A stretch of DNA of 64,000 bases from contig CBDBDQ010000005.1 of the NCBI GenBank assembly GCA_965203905.1, positions 2,112,001-2,176,000 of the forward strand. The letters run 5' to 3'. The number at the start of each line of letters is the position of its first letter. Position 1 is the stretch's first letter. Source of the stretch: Spirochaetia bacterium. Lineage in GTDB: Bacteria; Spirochaetota; Spirochaetia; SZUA-6; Bin103. The translations under genes were made by a program, and so were the position numbers. The notes below the pieces were generated by a model. It made no database searches, had not been told where the DNA came from, and saw only the letters and a program-made list of their open reading frames with translations. This document shows positions 29,794 through 40,003 of this stretch, one piece after another.

Positions 29794-31047
29794 GTGCTCG
29801 GGGTGATGAAGCTGGAGAACAGCGTTCGGCACTACGCCTGGGGCTCGAAGACCGCGTTGGCGCGACTGCAGGGGCGGCCGGCGGCGCAGGAGCCGGAGGC
29901 GGAGCTGTGGCTCGGGGCGCACCCCCAGGGGCCGTCGGCCGTGAAGGTGGCGGGGCGCCGCGTGACGCTCGACCGGCTGGTGGCGGAACGGCCCGCCGAG
30001 ACGCTGGGGCCGGTGGCGCAGCCCTTCGGGGGTGTGCTGCCGTTCCTGCTCAAGGTGCTGGCCGTGGCCGAGCCGCTGTCGATCCAGGCGCATCCGACGC
30101 TGGCGCAGGCGGCGGCGGGATTCGCCCGCGAGGAGGCGGCGGGACTAGCCGTGGATGCGGAGCAGCGCAGCTACCGCGACCGCAACCACAAGCCGGAGGT
30201 GGTGGTGGCGCTGGAGCCCTACTGGCTGCTGAGCGGTTTTCGCCCCTACGAGGTGATTGCGCGCCGCCTGGGCGCGATCGGCGTGCCCGCGCTGCAGGCC
30301 GCCGTCAGCGCCCTGCAGGCGACCCCGGGGGCCGCAGCGCTACGCGCGCTGGTGGCCGCGGCGCTGCGCCTGGACGCCGGGCGGCGGGCCGACCTGGTTG
30401 CCCGCGCCGTGGCCCATGCCGGCGGCCCGGCGCAGGAGAGCGCCGCGACCGCGGCCGGCGCCGCGCCGGCAGCCGACGCGGCGGCCGCGGCGCGCTGGGT
30501 GCAGCGGCTGGCTGCTCAGTACCCGGATGACCCCGGCGTGCTCAGTCCCTGGCTGCTGAACCTGGTGCCGCTGGCGCCCGGCGAGGGGTTGTACACCGGG
30601 GCCGGCACGTTGCACGCGACCCTGCGCGGCACCGGAGTAGAGCTGCAGGCCAGTTCGGACAACGTGCTGCGCGGCGGTCTGACTCCCAAGCACGTGGACG
30701 TGCCGGAGCTGCTGCGGGTGGGATCTTTCGCGCCCGCCGACGCCGCGGTGCTGCGGCCGCCGCCCGTGGCCAACGGCGAGCGCCACTATGCCACGCCCAC
30801 CGCCGAGTTCGCGCTGTCGTCGGTCGCTCTCGGCCAGTTGCCGCCGGAGACCCCGTTCGCCGTTGCCACCGGCGGACCGGAAATCCTGCTGCTGCTGCAT
30901 GGCGACGGCGTGGTGCGTGACCCTGCCGGGCGTGAGGTTTCGTGCCGGCCGGGCGAGTCGCTGTTCGTGCCTGCCGCCGTCCCGCGTTATGAGGTGCGTG
31001 GAACGGGGCTCATGTTCCGGGCCCGGGTACCCCAGCCGAGACGGTAG
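29794..31047 (+). CDS. manA: mannose-6-phosphate isomerase, class I
   Basis: YAWGS, AELWLGAHP, PLSIQAHP, NHKPE, SDNVLRGGLTPK motifs. Confidence 0.93.
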   Translation: MLGVMKLENSVRHYAWGSKTALARLQGRPAAQEPEAELWLGAHPQGPSAVKVAGRRVTLDRLVAERPAETLGPVAQPFGGVLPFLLKVLAVAEPLSIQAHPTLAQAAAGFAREEAAGLAVDAEQRSYRDRNHKPEVVVALEPYWLLSGFRPYEVIARRLGAIGVPALQAAVSALQATPGAAALRALVAAALRLDAGRRADLVARAVAHAGGPAQESAATAAGAAPAADAAAAARWVQRLAAQYPDDPGVLSPWLLNLVPLAPGEGLYTGAGTLHATLRGTGVELQASSDNVLRGGLTPKHVDVPELLRVGSFAPADAAVLRPPPVANGERHYATPTAEFALSSVALGQLPPETPFAVATGGPEILLLLHGDGVVRDPAGREVSCRPGESLFVPAAVPRYEVRGTGLMFRARVPQPRR

Positions 31048-31053
31048 TAGCGC

Positions 31054-32028
31054 TCAGCCCTCGGCCAGGCCGGCGACCGTCTCCGGGTTGACGCAGTAGC
31101 GCGGGCGCCTGCCCGCCAGTACCGCCGCCATGTCCTGCGCCATCGACACGTAGATGCGCTGCATCGCTCCCGGCGTGAGGCCGAGCACGTGCGGCGAGCA
31201 GATGCAGCGCTCGTGGCGGAAGATCGGGTGGCCCAGGTCGGGCGGCTCCGGCTCGAAGGTGTCCAGGGCCACCGCCCGCAGGCGCCCGGACTCCAGCGCC
31301 CGGTGCAGGATGTCGAGGCCGTCGATCAGGCCGCCGCGGCCCAGGTTGATCAGCACCGCGTCCGGTTTCATCAAGGCGAGGGAGGCGGCGTCGATCAGGC
31401 CCTCGGTTTCCGGGGTCAGGGTGGCGTGCAGGCTCACCACGTCCGCCTGCGCCAGCAGCTCCTCCAGTGGCAGCAGCGTGACGCCGGCGGCGCGCGCGTC
31501 CTCCGCGTGCACGAACGGGTCGCTGGCCACCACCTTCAGGCCGAGCGGCAACGCCAGCGACGCCAGGGTGCGGCCGATGTTGCCGAAGCCTACGATCCCC
31601 AGGACCGTGTCCTCCAGGTCGCGGGTGATCAACTCGTAGCGGGCGCCCCAGTTGCCGGCACGCACCTGCCGGTCCCAGTGGAACACCTCCTTGAGCAGCA
31701 CCAGGGCGAAGGTGAGGGCGCCCTCCGCCACCGAGCGCGCGTTGGCACCGGGGGTGTTGATCACCGGGATGCCGCGCGCGCTGGCCGCACCCACGTCGAT
31801 GCTGTCCACGCCAACCCCGGTGCGGCCGATCACCCGCAGCTCCGGCGCGGCGGCGATCACCGGACCGGTGATCCTGGCCTCGCCACGGCAGACGATGGCC
31901 ACCGCGTCGGCGGCCAGGCGGACGAAGGTCGCCTCCTCGATATCGGGGGTAACCACCAGCTCGCCGAAGGGACCGAGCTCCCGTTCCACGACTTCCCCGA
32001 CCGGCCCGGTGATCATGATGCTCGCCAT
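31054..32028 (-). CDS. D-isomer-specific 2-hydroxyacid dehydrogenase (SerA-like)
   Basis: GRTGVGVD, GFGNIG, SPH motifs. Confidence 0.87.
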   Translation of the reverse strand: MASIMITGPVGEVVERELGPFGELVVTPDIEEATFVRLAADAVAIVCRGEARITGPVIAAAPELRVIGRTGVGVDSIDVGAASARGIPVINTPGANARSVAEGALTFALVLLKEVFHWDRQVRAGNWGARYELITRDLEDTVLGIVGFGNIGRTLASLALPLGLKVVASDPFVHAEDARAAGVTLLPLEELLAQADVVSLHATLTPETEGLIDAASLALMKPDAVLINLGRGGLIDGLDILHRALESGRLRAVALDTFEPEPPDLGHPIFRHERCICSPHVLGLTPGAMQRIYVSMAQDMAAVLAGRRPRYCVNPETVAGLAEG

Positions 32029-32032
32029 GGCG

Positions 32033-32806
32033 CTACTCCCCGTTGCCGCGGAAGGGCGCGAACGCCGCGGCCAGTTGCGCCATGCCGGTGGACACCAGGC
32101 CGCCGTCGGAGCCCAGGGCGATGAAGCTGAAGCCGCGCTCCAAGGTGGCCGCCACCTGATCCGGCCGTTGCAGCAGGATACCGGCCGCCTTGCCCGCCGA
32201 CCGCGCCCCGGCCACCACCTGTTCGAGCGCCGCCAGGAACTCCGGATGGTCGAACTGGCCCCCGACCCCGAGGCCGATGGAGAGGTCGAACGGCCCCACG
32301 AACAGCACGTCGACCCCGTCCACGGCGGCGATGGCGGCGGCGTTCTCCACCGCCTGGCGGGTCTCGATCTGGACCACCGTTAGCAGGCCGTCGTTGGCAG
32401 TCTCCAGGTATTCGTCCCGCTCCCTGCCGAACCCGTTGGCGCGGATCATGGTTGCGGCGCCGCGCACCCCGTCCGGGAAGTAACGCATCGCGGTGGCGGC
32501 GGCCTGCGCCTCCTCGGCGCTGCTGACCCAGGGCACCATCACCCCGGCCGCGCCGGTGTCGAGCACGCGTTTGAAGCGCCACGGCTCGTTCCAGGCGATG
32601 CGCACGATGGCCGGCGTGGCGGCCGCGCTGGCCGCCTGGAGCTGGTGCACCAGCTCGCTCTGATCGCCGGCACCGTGCTCCAGGTCGAGGAGCAGCCAGT
32701 CGAAGCCGGCGTTGCCCGCCATCTCGGTGGTGATGTGAGATCCAATGTTGCAGAAGGTGCCGGCCAGCAGCTCGCCGGCCAGCACCCGCTCGCGAAGATA
32801 CCGCAT
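32033..32806 (-). CDS. HpcH/HpaI aldolase family protein
   Basis: FDWLLLDLEH, VQIET, FVGPFDLS motifs. Confidence 0.9.
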   Translation of the reverse strand: MRYLRERVLAGELLAGTFCNIGSHITTEMAGNAGFDWLLLDLEHGAGDQSELVHQLQAASAAATPAIVRIAWNEPWRFKRVLDTGAAGVMVPWVSSAEEAQAAATAMRYFPDGVRGAATMIRANGFGRERDEYLETANDGLLTVVQIETRQAVENAAAIAAVDGVDVLFVGPFDLSIGLGVGGQFDHPEFLAALEQVVAGARSAGKAAGILLQRPDQVAATLERGFSFIALGSDGGLVSTGMAQLAAAFAPFRGNGE

Positions 32807-32845
32807 GGGCGGTAGTTATCCCCGAATGGCCGCGCCGGTGCTACC

Positions 32846-34147
32846 CTATACGGTCGCGTCCTCGCCGCGGGCGTGCGCCAGCTCGCGGGCGCTGGGATTG
32901 ACCGAGGGCCGGAACGGCACCTCGCACACCTGTGCCCGGTCCGGCTTGCCCGGCTCGCTGGCGTACTCGTCCGGCAGCCACACGGTGACTGCCGTGCCGA
33001 CGGCGGAGAGCGCGACCGGCATCCACCCCATCGCGATGTTGCAGCCGAGCTCCGGCGCGTACCACGGCGAGGTGAGATACCCGACCGGGTCACCGCCCGC
33101 GGCATCCGACACCAGCCAGAAGTCGGAGGCGTAGTCGTCGATCGGCTTGCCGCCCATGGTCATGCCCACCATCGTCATGGCGAACGGCGGGCGGCCGGCG
33201 TCGACCTGTTCGCGCACGCGCTCCAGCGCCGCCTTGCCGATGTAGTCCGCCTTCTTCCTGCGCGGCACCTGGTAGGCCAGGTTGCACTGGAACGGCAGCG
33301 TCTCGTGGTCGATGTCCTGCCCCCACGACATGATGCCGGCCTGGATGCGGCGCTGGTGGCCGGGCGCGATCACCGAGAGCTGGTGCGCCTTGCCCGCCTC
33401 CAGCACCGCGTACCACAGCTTCTCGGCGTGCAGGGTGGCGTCGCGCAGGTAGATCTCGTAGCCCTTCTCGCCCGAGAATCCAGACTGGGAGATCACCACC
33501 GAGCAGCCGGCGATCTCGGTCTCCATGATGCCGTAGTAGGGGATGTCGTGGATCCCCGCGCCCACCAGGTCGGTCATCAGGGCCAACGACTTCGGTCCCT
33601 GGATCTGCACCGGACACACGTCGATCTCGTCGATCGCGACGTCCATGCGCATGCCGACGTTGACCCCCTGCAGCCAGTACAGCAGATCGGAGTCCGCGAG
33701 CGAGAACCAGAACTCGTCCGCGGACAGGCGCAGCAGCACCGGGTCGTTGAGAATGCCGCCCTTTTCGTTGCACAGGATGACGTACTTGGCATGCAGCGGC
33801 TTGATGCGGGTGGCGTTGCGGGTGATCACGTAGTCGACGAACCGCTCCGCATCGGGTCCCTGCACCCGGATCTGTCGTTCCACCGCCACGTTCCACATGG
33901 TGACGTGGTGGGTCAGCGCCTCGTGCTCCGCGGCGGCGCCGCCGTCCTCGGGGCGGACGTAGCCGCGCGGATGGTATACCCGGTTGTACACGGTGGCGCG
34001 CCAGCAGCCCGCCTCGTGCGACAGGTGCCAGTAGGGCGACTTGCGCACTCGGGTCGAGATCAGCAGCTCGGTGGGCGTGCGGCCGCTCTGGCGCAGGTTG
34101 ATGGGTACGATGCGGTCGGACTGGTCGACGCTCTGCGGTTGACTCAT
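32846..34147 (-). CDS. GcvT/DmdA-like THF-dependent aminomethyltransferase/demethylase
   Basis: STRVRKSPYW..TVYNR, GGILNDPVLL, QGPKS, SGFSGEKGYE motifs; ATGA-coupled to the HD gene. Confidence 0.85.
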   Translation of the reverse strand: MSQPQSVDQSDRIVPINLRQSGRTPTELLISTRVRKSPYWHLSHEAGCWRATVYNRVYHPRGYVRPEDGGAAAEHEALTHHVTMWNVAVERQIRVQGPDAERFVDYVITRNATRIKPLHAKYVILCNEKGGILNDPVLLRLSADEFWFSLADSDLLYWLQGVNVGMRMDVAIDEIDVCPVQIQGPKSLALMTDLVGAGIHDIPYYGIMETEIAGCSVVISQSGFSGEKGYEIYLRDATLHAEKLWYAVLEAGKAHQLSVIAPGHQRRIQAGIMSWGQDIDHETLPFQCNLAYQVPRRKKADYIGKAALERVREQVDAGRPPFAMTMVGMTMGGKPIDDYASDFWLVSDAAGGDPVGYLTSPWYAPELGCNIAMGWMPVALSAVGTAVTVWLPDEYASEPGKPDRAQVCEVPFRPSVNPSARELAHARGEDATV

Positions 34148-34740
34148 GAATGCTCCCTCGGGGCCAGGCGGTACGGCTCGCGCGCGAACAGCCGGCGCAC
34201 CATCGGCTCGAAGAACTCCAGCGGCAGCGACTCGTAGGCGGGGTCGAACGCGGCCTGATCCCAGCGGTGGCAGAAGTCCACCGCATCCTGGTACCAGGGA
34301 TGGTCGCGGTACTTGTCGCGCGCGTTGCGGTCGCGGCCATGGAAATGGGCGTAGTAGACGAGCTGGAACAGACCGTGGTGGCGCACGATCCAGTAGGTCT
34401 TCTCGGTGACGTAGGGGCGCAGAATCATGGCGGACAGCTCGCCGTGGCTGTGCGGGGCCAGCAGGTCGTCGATGTCGTGCAGCAGCGCGGCTACCACCAT
34501 CTCCTCGTCGGCACCGTCCCGATAGGCGCGGGTCGCGGTCTGCAGCGAGTGTTCCAGGCGGTCCACCTGGTAGCCCGCCAGCGAACCGGACAGCGCACGC
34601 AGTTGCGCCAGCACCCGGTCGGCGAGACCGGCGGCAAACTCCTCTTCGAACCGCGCCAGCAGCTCGTAGTCCTCGCGGGTGCCCTGCGCCATGGTGGTGA
34701 AGCTCACCGTCGGAGCGCTCGGTGCCGTGTCGCCTTGCAT
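34144..34740 (-). CDS. HD domain metalloenzyme
   Basis: LEHSLQTA, ALLHDI, HH and WDQ motifs; GAGGAG RBS before ATG 34740. Confidence 0.85.
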   Translation of the reverse strand: MQGDTAPSAPTVSFTTMAQGTREDYELLARFEEEFAAGLADRVLAQLRALSGSLAGYQVDRLEHSLQTATRAYRDGADEEMVVAALLHDIDDLLAPHSHGELSAMILRPYVTEKTYWIVRHHGLFQLVYYAHFHGRDRNARDKYRDHPWYQDAVDFCHRWDQAAFDPAYESLPLEFFEPMVRRLFAREPYRLAPREHS

Positions 34741-34966
34741 GCTGCTCCTCCCTGGCATGCTGTTTATGCCGGATCGAGGCGCTGGTCAATACGCTGAACG
34801 ACGTGCCTGGCCGCGTGCTGCGGCGCACCGCGACCAGCGTAAAAAAAACGCTTGACAAGCAAGTTGCACTTCATTAGATGGGGTGTATATTTCTCGCTTC
34901 TTCATGCTGCACATCGCTGGGGTCCCGGCACCCCACATCGGTCGCGACGGATTGAGGTGATCGAGT

Positions 34967-36082
34967 ATGGAGCACTCCATCAGCAGCGTCGTTCAGAACG
35001 GCGATACCCTGGCGGCGGTCTGGCACGGCGGGTCGGAGACCAGCCTTCCCTACCTGTGGCTGCGCGACAACTGCGGTTGCAGTGAGTGCCGCGTGGTGCA
35101 GACCACCGAGAAGCGGTTCCACATTTTCCGCGTGCCGCGGGAGCTGCGCCCGCGGCGGGTGACGATCGAACGTCCCGGCCGCGACGACGAGGAACTCAGC
35201 ATCGTCTGGCCGGATGGCCACAGCACCTGCTATCGGTCGAGCGACATCCACCGCCTCATCAGCCGGGAGCGCGACGAACTGCAATACTGGGACGGCCGCT
35301 TCCAGCCGCGCGAGTTCGACTGGCGCCGGTTCCTGGACCATGACCTGACCGCGGCCGACCTGATCGAGGAGTTTCTGCGGACCGGAGCATGCGTTCTGGT
35401 CGACGCTCCCACCGAGCCCGACTCGTCGGAACAACTGGCGCGGCGGCTGGGTCCCGTGCGCGAGGTGGTGTTCGACCGCATCCACAACGTCGTGGTCGAC
35501 CCCAAGGGATACAGCATCGCCCATACCGACCTGCCGATCGCGCCGCACAACGACTTCACCAGCTACAACTGGCCCCCGAGCGTGCAGGTGTTGCACATGC
35601 TGGCGAACGAGTGCGAGGGCGGAGCTTCTTCGATCGTGGATGGCTTCAGCATCCTGGAGGGGCTGCGCCGCGACCATCCCGACAAGTTCGCGGTGCTGTG
35701 CGCGGTGCGGGTCCCGTTCCGCCTGTCCAGCGCTCACGACGAGAGCTACGCGGTCAATCCCATGGTCGAGTTGGACGGCACCGGCAACGTCAGGATGCTG
35801 CGCTTCAATACCCAGCAGATGAAGGCCATCCCCCTGTCCGAGCCGCGCCTGGGCGAATTCTACGCCGCCTACCACGAGCTCTCCACGCGCGTGAACGCCA
35901 CTGCTGCCCAGGTTTCGTATCGGCTGGAAGGCGGGCAGATACTGCTGCTCGCCAGCCACCGCGTGCTGCACGGCCGCAGCGCGCTGCGCTCCGGTGGCAA
36001 GCGCCACCTGCAGGACGCCTACTTCGAGCACGACAACGTGCGCAACCACCTGACCCTGCTGCGGCGCAGCGGCCGGATCTGA
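34967..36082 (+). CDS. gamma-butyrobetaine hydroxylase-like TauD/TfdA 2OG-Fe(II) dioxygenase
   Basis: N-terminal WLRDNCGCSEC zinc site; PHND (HxD); RVLHGR. Confidence 0.88.
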   Translation: MEHSISSVVQNGDTLAAVWHGGSETSLPYLWLRDNCGCSECRVVQTTEKRFHIFRVPRELRPRRVTIERPGRDDEELSIVWPDGHSTCYRSSDIHRLISRERDELQYWDGRFQPREFDWRRFLDHDLTAADLIEEFLRTGACVLVDAPTEPDSSEQLARRLGPVREVVFDRIHNVVVDPKGYSIAHTDLPIAPHNDFTSYNWPPSVQVLHMLANECEGGASSIVDGFSILEGLRRDHPDKFAVLCAVRVPFRLSSAHDESYAVNPMVELDGTGNVRMLRFNTQQMKAIPLSEPRLGEFYAAYHELSTRVNATAAQVSYRLEGGQILLLASHRVLHGRSALRSGGKRHLQDAYFEHDNVRNHLTLLRRSGRI

Positions 36083-36092
36083 GATCCGGCCC

Positions 36093-36204
36093 CGCGCAAC
36101 GAAGGCCGGGACCGTGGTCCCGGCGACACCCGGCGGCTACGTGCACCGCGTCAGGTAGAAGTGGATCCGCTCAACGAAGGCCGAGACCGCAGTCCCGGCG
36201 ACCC
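36093..36204 (-). CRISPR. CRISPR mini-array: two 37-bp type I-G-like repeats and one 38-bp spacer
   Basis: CGCGCAACGAAGGCCGGGACCGTGGTCCCGGCGACAC (36093-36129) and CGCTCAACGAAGGCCGAGACCGCAGTCCCGGCGACCC (36168-36204), with an internal palindrome; 95 bp downstream of the cas operon. Confidence 0.8.
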
Positions 36205-36299
36205 GTCCCGTCACAGTGGATCAGCGCGCACCGTCGGGGGCGGTCCCCGAAGTGCTCGAGCGCCGCGATGGCGACGACGAACGTGTCCGGATTCATCTC

Positions 36300-37199
36300 T
36301 CAAACCCGTCCAGCCCCGAATCCGCGCGTGGTGTCCGCCGTGGCCCTCGGCTTGAACTGGACGCTTTGCCAAGCCGCGTGTACGCCGACGCGCGCCCAGC
36401 CGCTCTTCCTGTGCGGTTCCCAAAGGTCGAGCAGGGCGTCGATGGCGGGGCAGTCCAGGGAAGCGCTCCACGTCGGCCACATGAAGCGGTGCTCGCGTCT
36501 GCTCCCCGGAATCCTGAGCCAGCCCCGCTGGACGACCGATGGGTAAGCGGAACCGCGGACACTGCGGTCGGTGCCCGTGCCGCGCACGGGCAGGAGCGCA
36601 AGCGCGTAGAACGCGAGCACTTCGACCACCGGGTCGACCGACATGGCGGAGGCATCCGACTGGGATCCCATTCTGGTCAGGTCGAAGCCCAGCCCGTTGT
36701 CCTTGACCCGCTGCGCTGTTCCAAAGAGCGAATCCTTCAGGCGATCGACTGATGGTTCGACTTCGCGGTGAACCTTCAGCAAGCGGTGGTGCAGCCACTT
36801 GATGGTTCCCGGTCCGGCGGGGTCGAACGGGGCGTGAGCCACCTCGCGGTTCTGGTCCACGGAGAGATCCGTCATGGTCGACGACAGGGTCCAGGAGTGC
36901 CGGTGGCCGCGGCTGGCACGGGCTCTGGCCACGAACGCATCCACGGACACCTTTCTGGGCAACGGTGGCGGCTCCTTCCACCGCTCGGCAATCGGCATGC
37001 TGGCCAGTTCTCTCTGGTCCGGCCATGCGGCTGCCAGGGCTGCAACGGGATCGGTCTCGTCAGCGCACAGTACTGCCGTCGGAGTGCGCTCCGTGGTCCA
37101 GCGCAGCCGAATCCGCGAATCCAGTACGGTAGTCCCGACCGCGGCCAGCCAGGCGTTGAGCCACGACGCGGGCAGCCCGGGACAGATCACTTCGACCAT
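36300..37199 (-). CDS. csb3: type I-G large subunit Cas8u/Csb3-like (short)
   Basis: Last gene of the csb1-csb2-cas3 operon, translationally coupled; PGLPASWLNAWLAAVG N-terminus; DPVVEVLAFYALALLPV. Assignment rests largely on position. Confidence 0.65.
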   Translation of the reverse strand: MVEVICPGLPASWLNAWLAAVGTTVLDSRIRLRWTTERTPTAVLCADETDPVAALAAAWPDQRELASMPIAERWKEPPPLPRKVSVDAFVARARASRGHRHSWTLSSTMTDLSVDQNREVAHAPFDPAGPGTIKWLHHRLLKVHREVEPSVDRLKDSLFGTAQRVKDNGLGFDLTRMGSQSDASAMSVDPVVEVLAFYALALLPVRGTGTDRSVRGSAYPSVVQRGWLRIPGSRREHRFMWPTWSASLDCPAIDALLDLWEPHRKSGWARVGVHAAWQSVQFKPRATADTTRGFGAGRV

Positions 37200-40003
37200 C
37201 AGCGCAGCTCCAGCTCGGTCACGTGCGATCCGGCCGACACCGCGTGGTCGGCGCGCCGTACGATCGCCTCGATCAGGGCCAGGCCCCACGGTCCGTAACG
37301 GGCGTTGAGGCGTGAAAAACGAGCGGGCTGACTCCAATCGATGATGGACAGGTCAGCACAATCCTCCACCATGGCACCCTCGAACTCCGCGGAAACCGTC
37401 TGCCGCGTGTGGTCATCCGCCGGCGGCACCAGGGGCCGGCCGGAACCGTGATGGCTGACCACGAGATGGAGCAGCAGGTCGGCAAGCAAGGGGTCCATCC
37501 GCTTGCGACCGGTCGCGATCCAGCGCTGAACCAGTCGCGCAGACAGCGCTTCATGCCGGCCGCCCTCCGGCCACCCCGCCGCGAGGCGCGCCGCAGTCCA
37601 CTGGCTGCGTGGCATCTGTGACCTGGCCACCGGGAGCGCCTGCTTCGCATCCGGATCGAGCCATCCTTGAAAGCGTGCATCCGCCTTCCCAAGGTCATGC
37701 GAGCGACCGGCGCGCTCGATCACGGCCGCCAGCTCGGGCGCGATGCCGACGCGCTCAGCGATCGCGCGAGCCCGCACCCCTACCGCCACTCCGTGGTCCT
37801 CCAATGCGACCGCCGTGCCGGCGCGTGACGTCTCGTCGAGTTCGTCGCTCGGCGGCTCGCGTGCCGCCCCCCGGGGAAGCCGTGCCACCTCGTTCCGCGC
37901 GCTGACGACGCGCGGTTCCAGGGCATGCACCAGGGAGCTCCATTCGGCCGCCTCCCATCCCGCCGGTGTCACCTCGGAGATCGCCTCCAGGATCTCCGAG
38001 ATGGCCGCGGAACTGGCGGCCTCATCGGGGTCATCATCGTCGTCCACGACACCGAGTGCGCGGTTGACCAGCGCTCCAACGGAGATACCGCACAACGACC
38101 GAATCGCAGTGGCGTCCAGGGGCAAGCCATGCTCGGCAATCGACGCGTCGGCGACCGGCGACGACGACTGCGGATCCCACCCGTACGCGTCCATCAGGCC
38201 GCGATCGGACGGCACAACGACAACATCGCCCGGTCGAAGCTCGTCACGGTGTGCCGTTTCTACCGTCACGCCGTCGGCGCCGAGGCGACGCGGCCTCTCG
38301 TACGCGTCGAACGCTGCGCGTGCCTCGGTCAACGGCACGTCGACGGCCTCGCGGTCGATGGCCCTGGGCCAGAGCAACTCGCCGTCGTCCGGGACGAACA
38401 CGCGCCAGATCAGCGACACCGTGTGCTCCGGGGCTGCGATCCCGGAGAAGTAGGGTTCCACCGGCGCCTCGCCAGCGGGCGGAGTAGTGGTCTTTACCCA
38501 CTCCCACAGCAGGCCGGGCAGGACCTCGGGCGCCCGGCCGGGATCGTCGCCCGGTGGTCCGAGCATCTTCGCGACCGTCCGTGGCGCAAGGTTCGCCTCG
38601 CCGTCGGCTGCACGGCGGACCGTGGCCTGGAGTCTCCGGAGCACCGCCGCCGGTTCCCGCCCGTAGACCGGCCACCCGTCCCGCTCGTCGCTTCGCGCGC
38701 GCTTGTTCCCGGGCGGCGGCAGATGCACGTAGACGGCGCGGGCGTGGGGGAATCGCCCCAGGCGATTCAACCGGCCGAGACGCTGCGTAAGGGAGCGCAC
38801 GCCGCACGCTTCCGTGACCAGGAACTCGGCGTCAACGTCGGCGCCCACCTCCAGGGTCTGGGTGGCGACCACGACGAGATGACGCCGGCGTACCGTTGCC
38901 GCGTCGCGGGCCGACGGCATGCCATGCACCGGATCGAGAATGCGTTGCCGCGTGCGTTCCGCTTCCCGCTCCCGGGCGCGGCCGGTCAGCAGAAGAATCT
39001 CCGCCCAATCTTCCGGGTTCATGCGGCACAGCCGGCGAAATGCGTCGCGGGCGGTGGCGGGCGTGTTGGCAAACACCACGCAGGACGCGGCGCCGGGCGC
39101 CCGTACGAGCAACGAATGTGCGGCCTCGGCGAGCCGTTGCCCGGGCGCGCCCGACTCGACTCGCAGCGCCATCGGCTTGACGGCGTCGAGGCGCTGCCGC
39201 ACCACGGGATGAGCCGCGTCGTCCGCGTCGAGATCGAAACGCGCTGCGCCGGAGGTAGTGCCGGTGGCAGTCAGCGCCACCACCGTGGGCCGTGAACGAG
39301 CGTGGCCGAGGATCGGCTCCGCTCCGGGACTGCACTCGGCAAGTGCGGGCACCAGCGCCATGAGGTGGTGCGCCAGGTGCGCCTCGTCCACGAGCACCAG
39401 ACTGTCGGCACCGGCCATGGCCGCGGCGATCGGGCGCATCGACCGGGAACAACCGTAGCCGCGAAACAGGAGTTGCGATCCATACATCGGAAGCGTCGCC
39501 AGCACGATCGCCGGCTGCGACGGATCGACCGTGCTTGGCGGCGAAACGCCCCCGCGAAGCCGGATGACTTGGAGTGGTTGGGCGGCCGGATCTGCCGCGA
39601 GCGAGCACAAACGGTCTGCGACGCCAGTGATCACGTTTGCTGCCGAGCCACTCAGCCCGAGCTGTTCCGGATCGCGGAGCGCGCTCCTGATCGCCTCCGC
39701 GTGGTCGGCGGTCGAATCGACCAGCTGGCGCCGGCTCACCAGCCACCAGATCCGGGTGGGCGCGGTGCGCCCGGCCGGTGTGCGGTCGGCCTGGGACGCA
39801 AGCCACCAGGTGGCGACGTCCAGACAGGCGGTCTTGCCAAGCCCGGTGGGCACGCCGACTTCGGCCGGCCACCGCTCGGAAGCGGCGACCTGGGCGGCCA
39901 GACGCGACTGCCACGGGAACGGGTCGCGGCCGTTGAGCGCCCGATAGAAGTCGGCAAACGCGGGCATGGATGGGAGCGCCCGCCGATCAGGTGTCTCCGC
40001 CAT
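37199..40003 (-). CDS. cas3: type I-G Cas3 helicase with C-terminal HD nuclease
   Basis: PFPWQ, PTGLGKT, DEAH, ATQTLEVGAD, QRLGRLNR; C-terminal LEDH, HDLGK, RHE, SHHG. Confidence 0.92.
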   Translation of the reverse strand: MAETPDRRALPSMPAFADFYRALNGRDPFPWQSRLAAQVAASERWPAEVGVPTGLGKTACLDVATWWLASQADRTPAGRTAPTRIWWLVSRRQLVDSTADHAEAIRSALRDPEQLGLSGSAANVITGVADRLCSLAADPAAQPLQVIRLRGGVSPPSTVDPSQPAIVLATLPMYGSQLLFRGYGCSRSMRPIAAAMAGADSLVLVDEAHLAHHLMALVPALAECSPGAEPILGHARSRPTVVALTATGTTSGAARFDLDADDAAHPVVRQRLDAVKPMALRVESGAPGQRLAEAAHSLLVRAPGAASCVVFANTPATARDAFRRLCRMNPEDWAEILLLTGRAREREAERTRQRILDPVHGMPSARDAATVRRRHLVVVATQTLEVGADVDAEFLVTEACGVRSLTQRLGRLNRLGRFPHARAVYVHLPPPGNKRARSDERDGWPVYGREPAAVLRRLQATVRRAADGEANLAPRTVAKMLGPPGDDPGRAPEVLPGLLWEWVKTTTPPAGEAPVEPYFSGIAAPEHTVSLIWRVFVPDDGELLWPRAIDREAVDVPLTEARAAFDAYERPRRLGADGVTVETAHRDELRPGDVVVVPSDRGLMDAYGWDPQSSSPVADASIAEHGLPLDATAIRSLCGISVGALVNRALGVVDDDDDPDEAASSAAISEILEAISEVTPAGWEAAEWSSLVHALEPRVVSARNEVARLPRGAAREPPSDELDETSRAGTAVALEDHGVAVGVRARAIAERVGIAPELAAVIERAGRSHDLGKADARFQGWLDPDAKQALPVARSQMPRSQWTAARLAAGWPEGGRHEALSARLVQRWIATGRKRMDPLLADLLLHLVVSHHGSGRPLVPPADDHTRQTVSAEFEGAMVEDCADLSIIDWSQPARFSRLNARYGPWGLALIEAIVRRADHAVSAGSHVTELELR

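Noticed and set aside
34838-34880. Promoter with a perfect TTGACA upstream of the dioxygenase
   Set aside because: No good -10 hexamer at 16-18 nt spacing, so it is too weak to list.
36205-36299. Possible third CRISPR repeat
   Set aside because: No CAACGAAGGCC core or matching palindrome is present. It is better explained as a leader.
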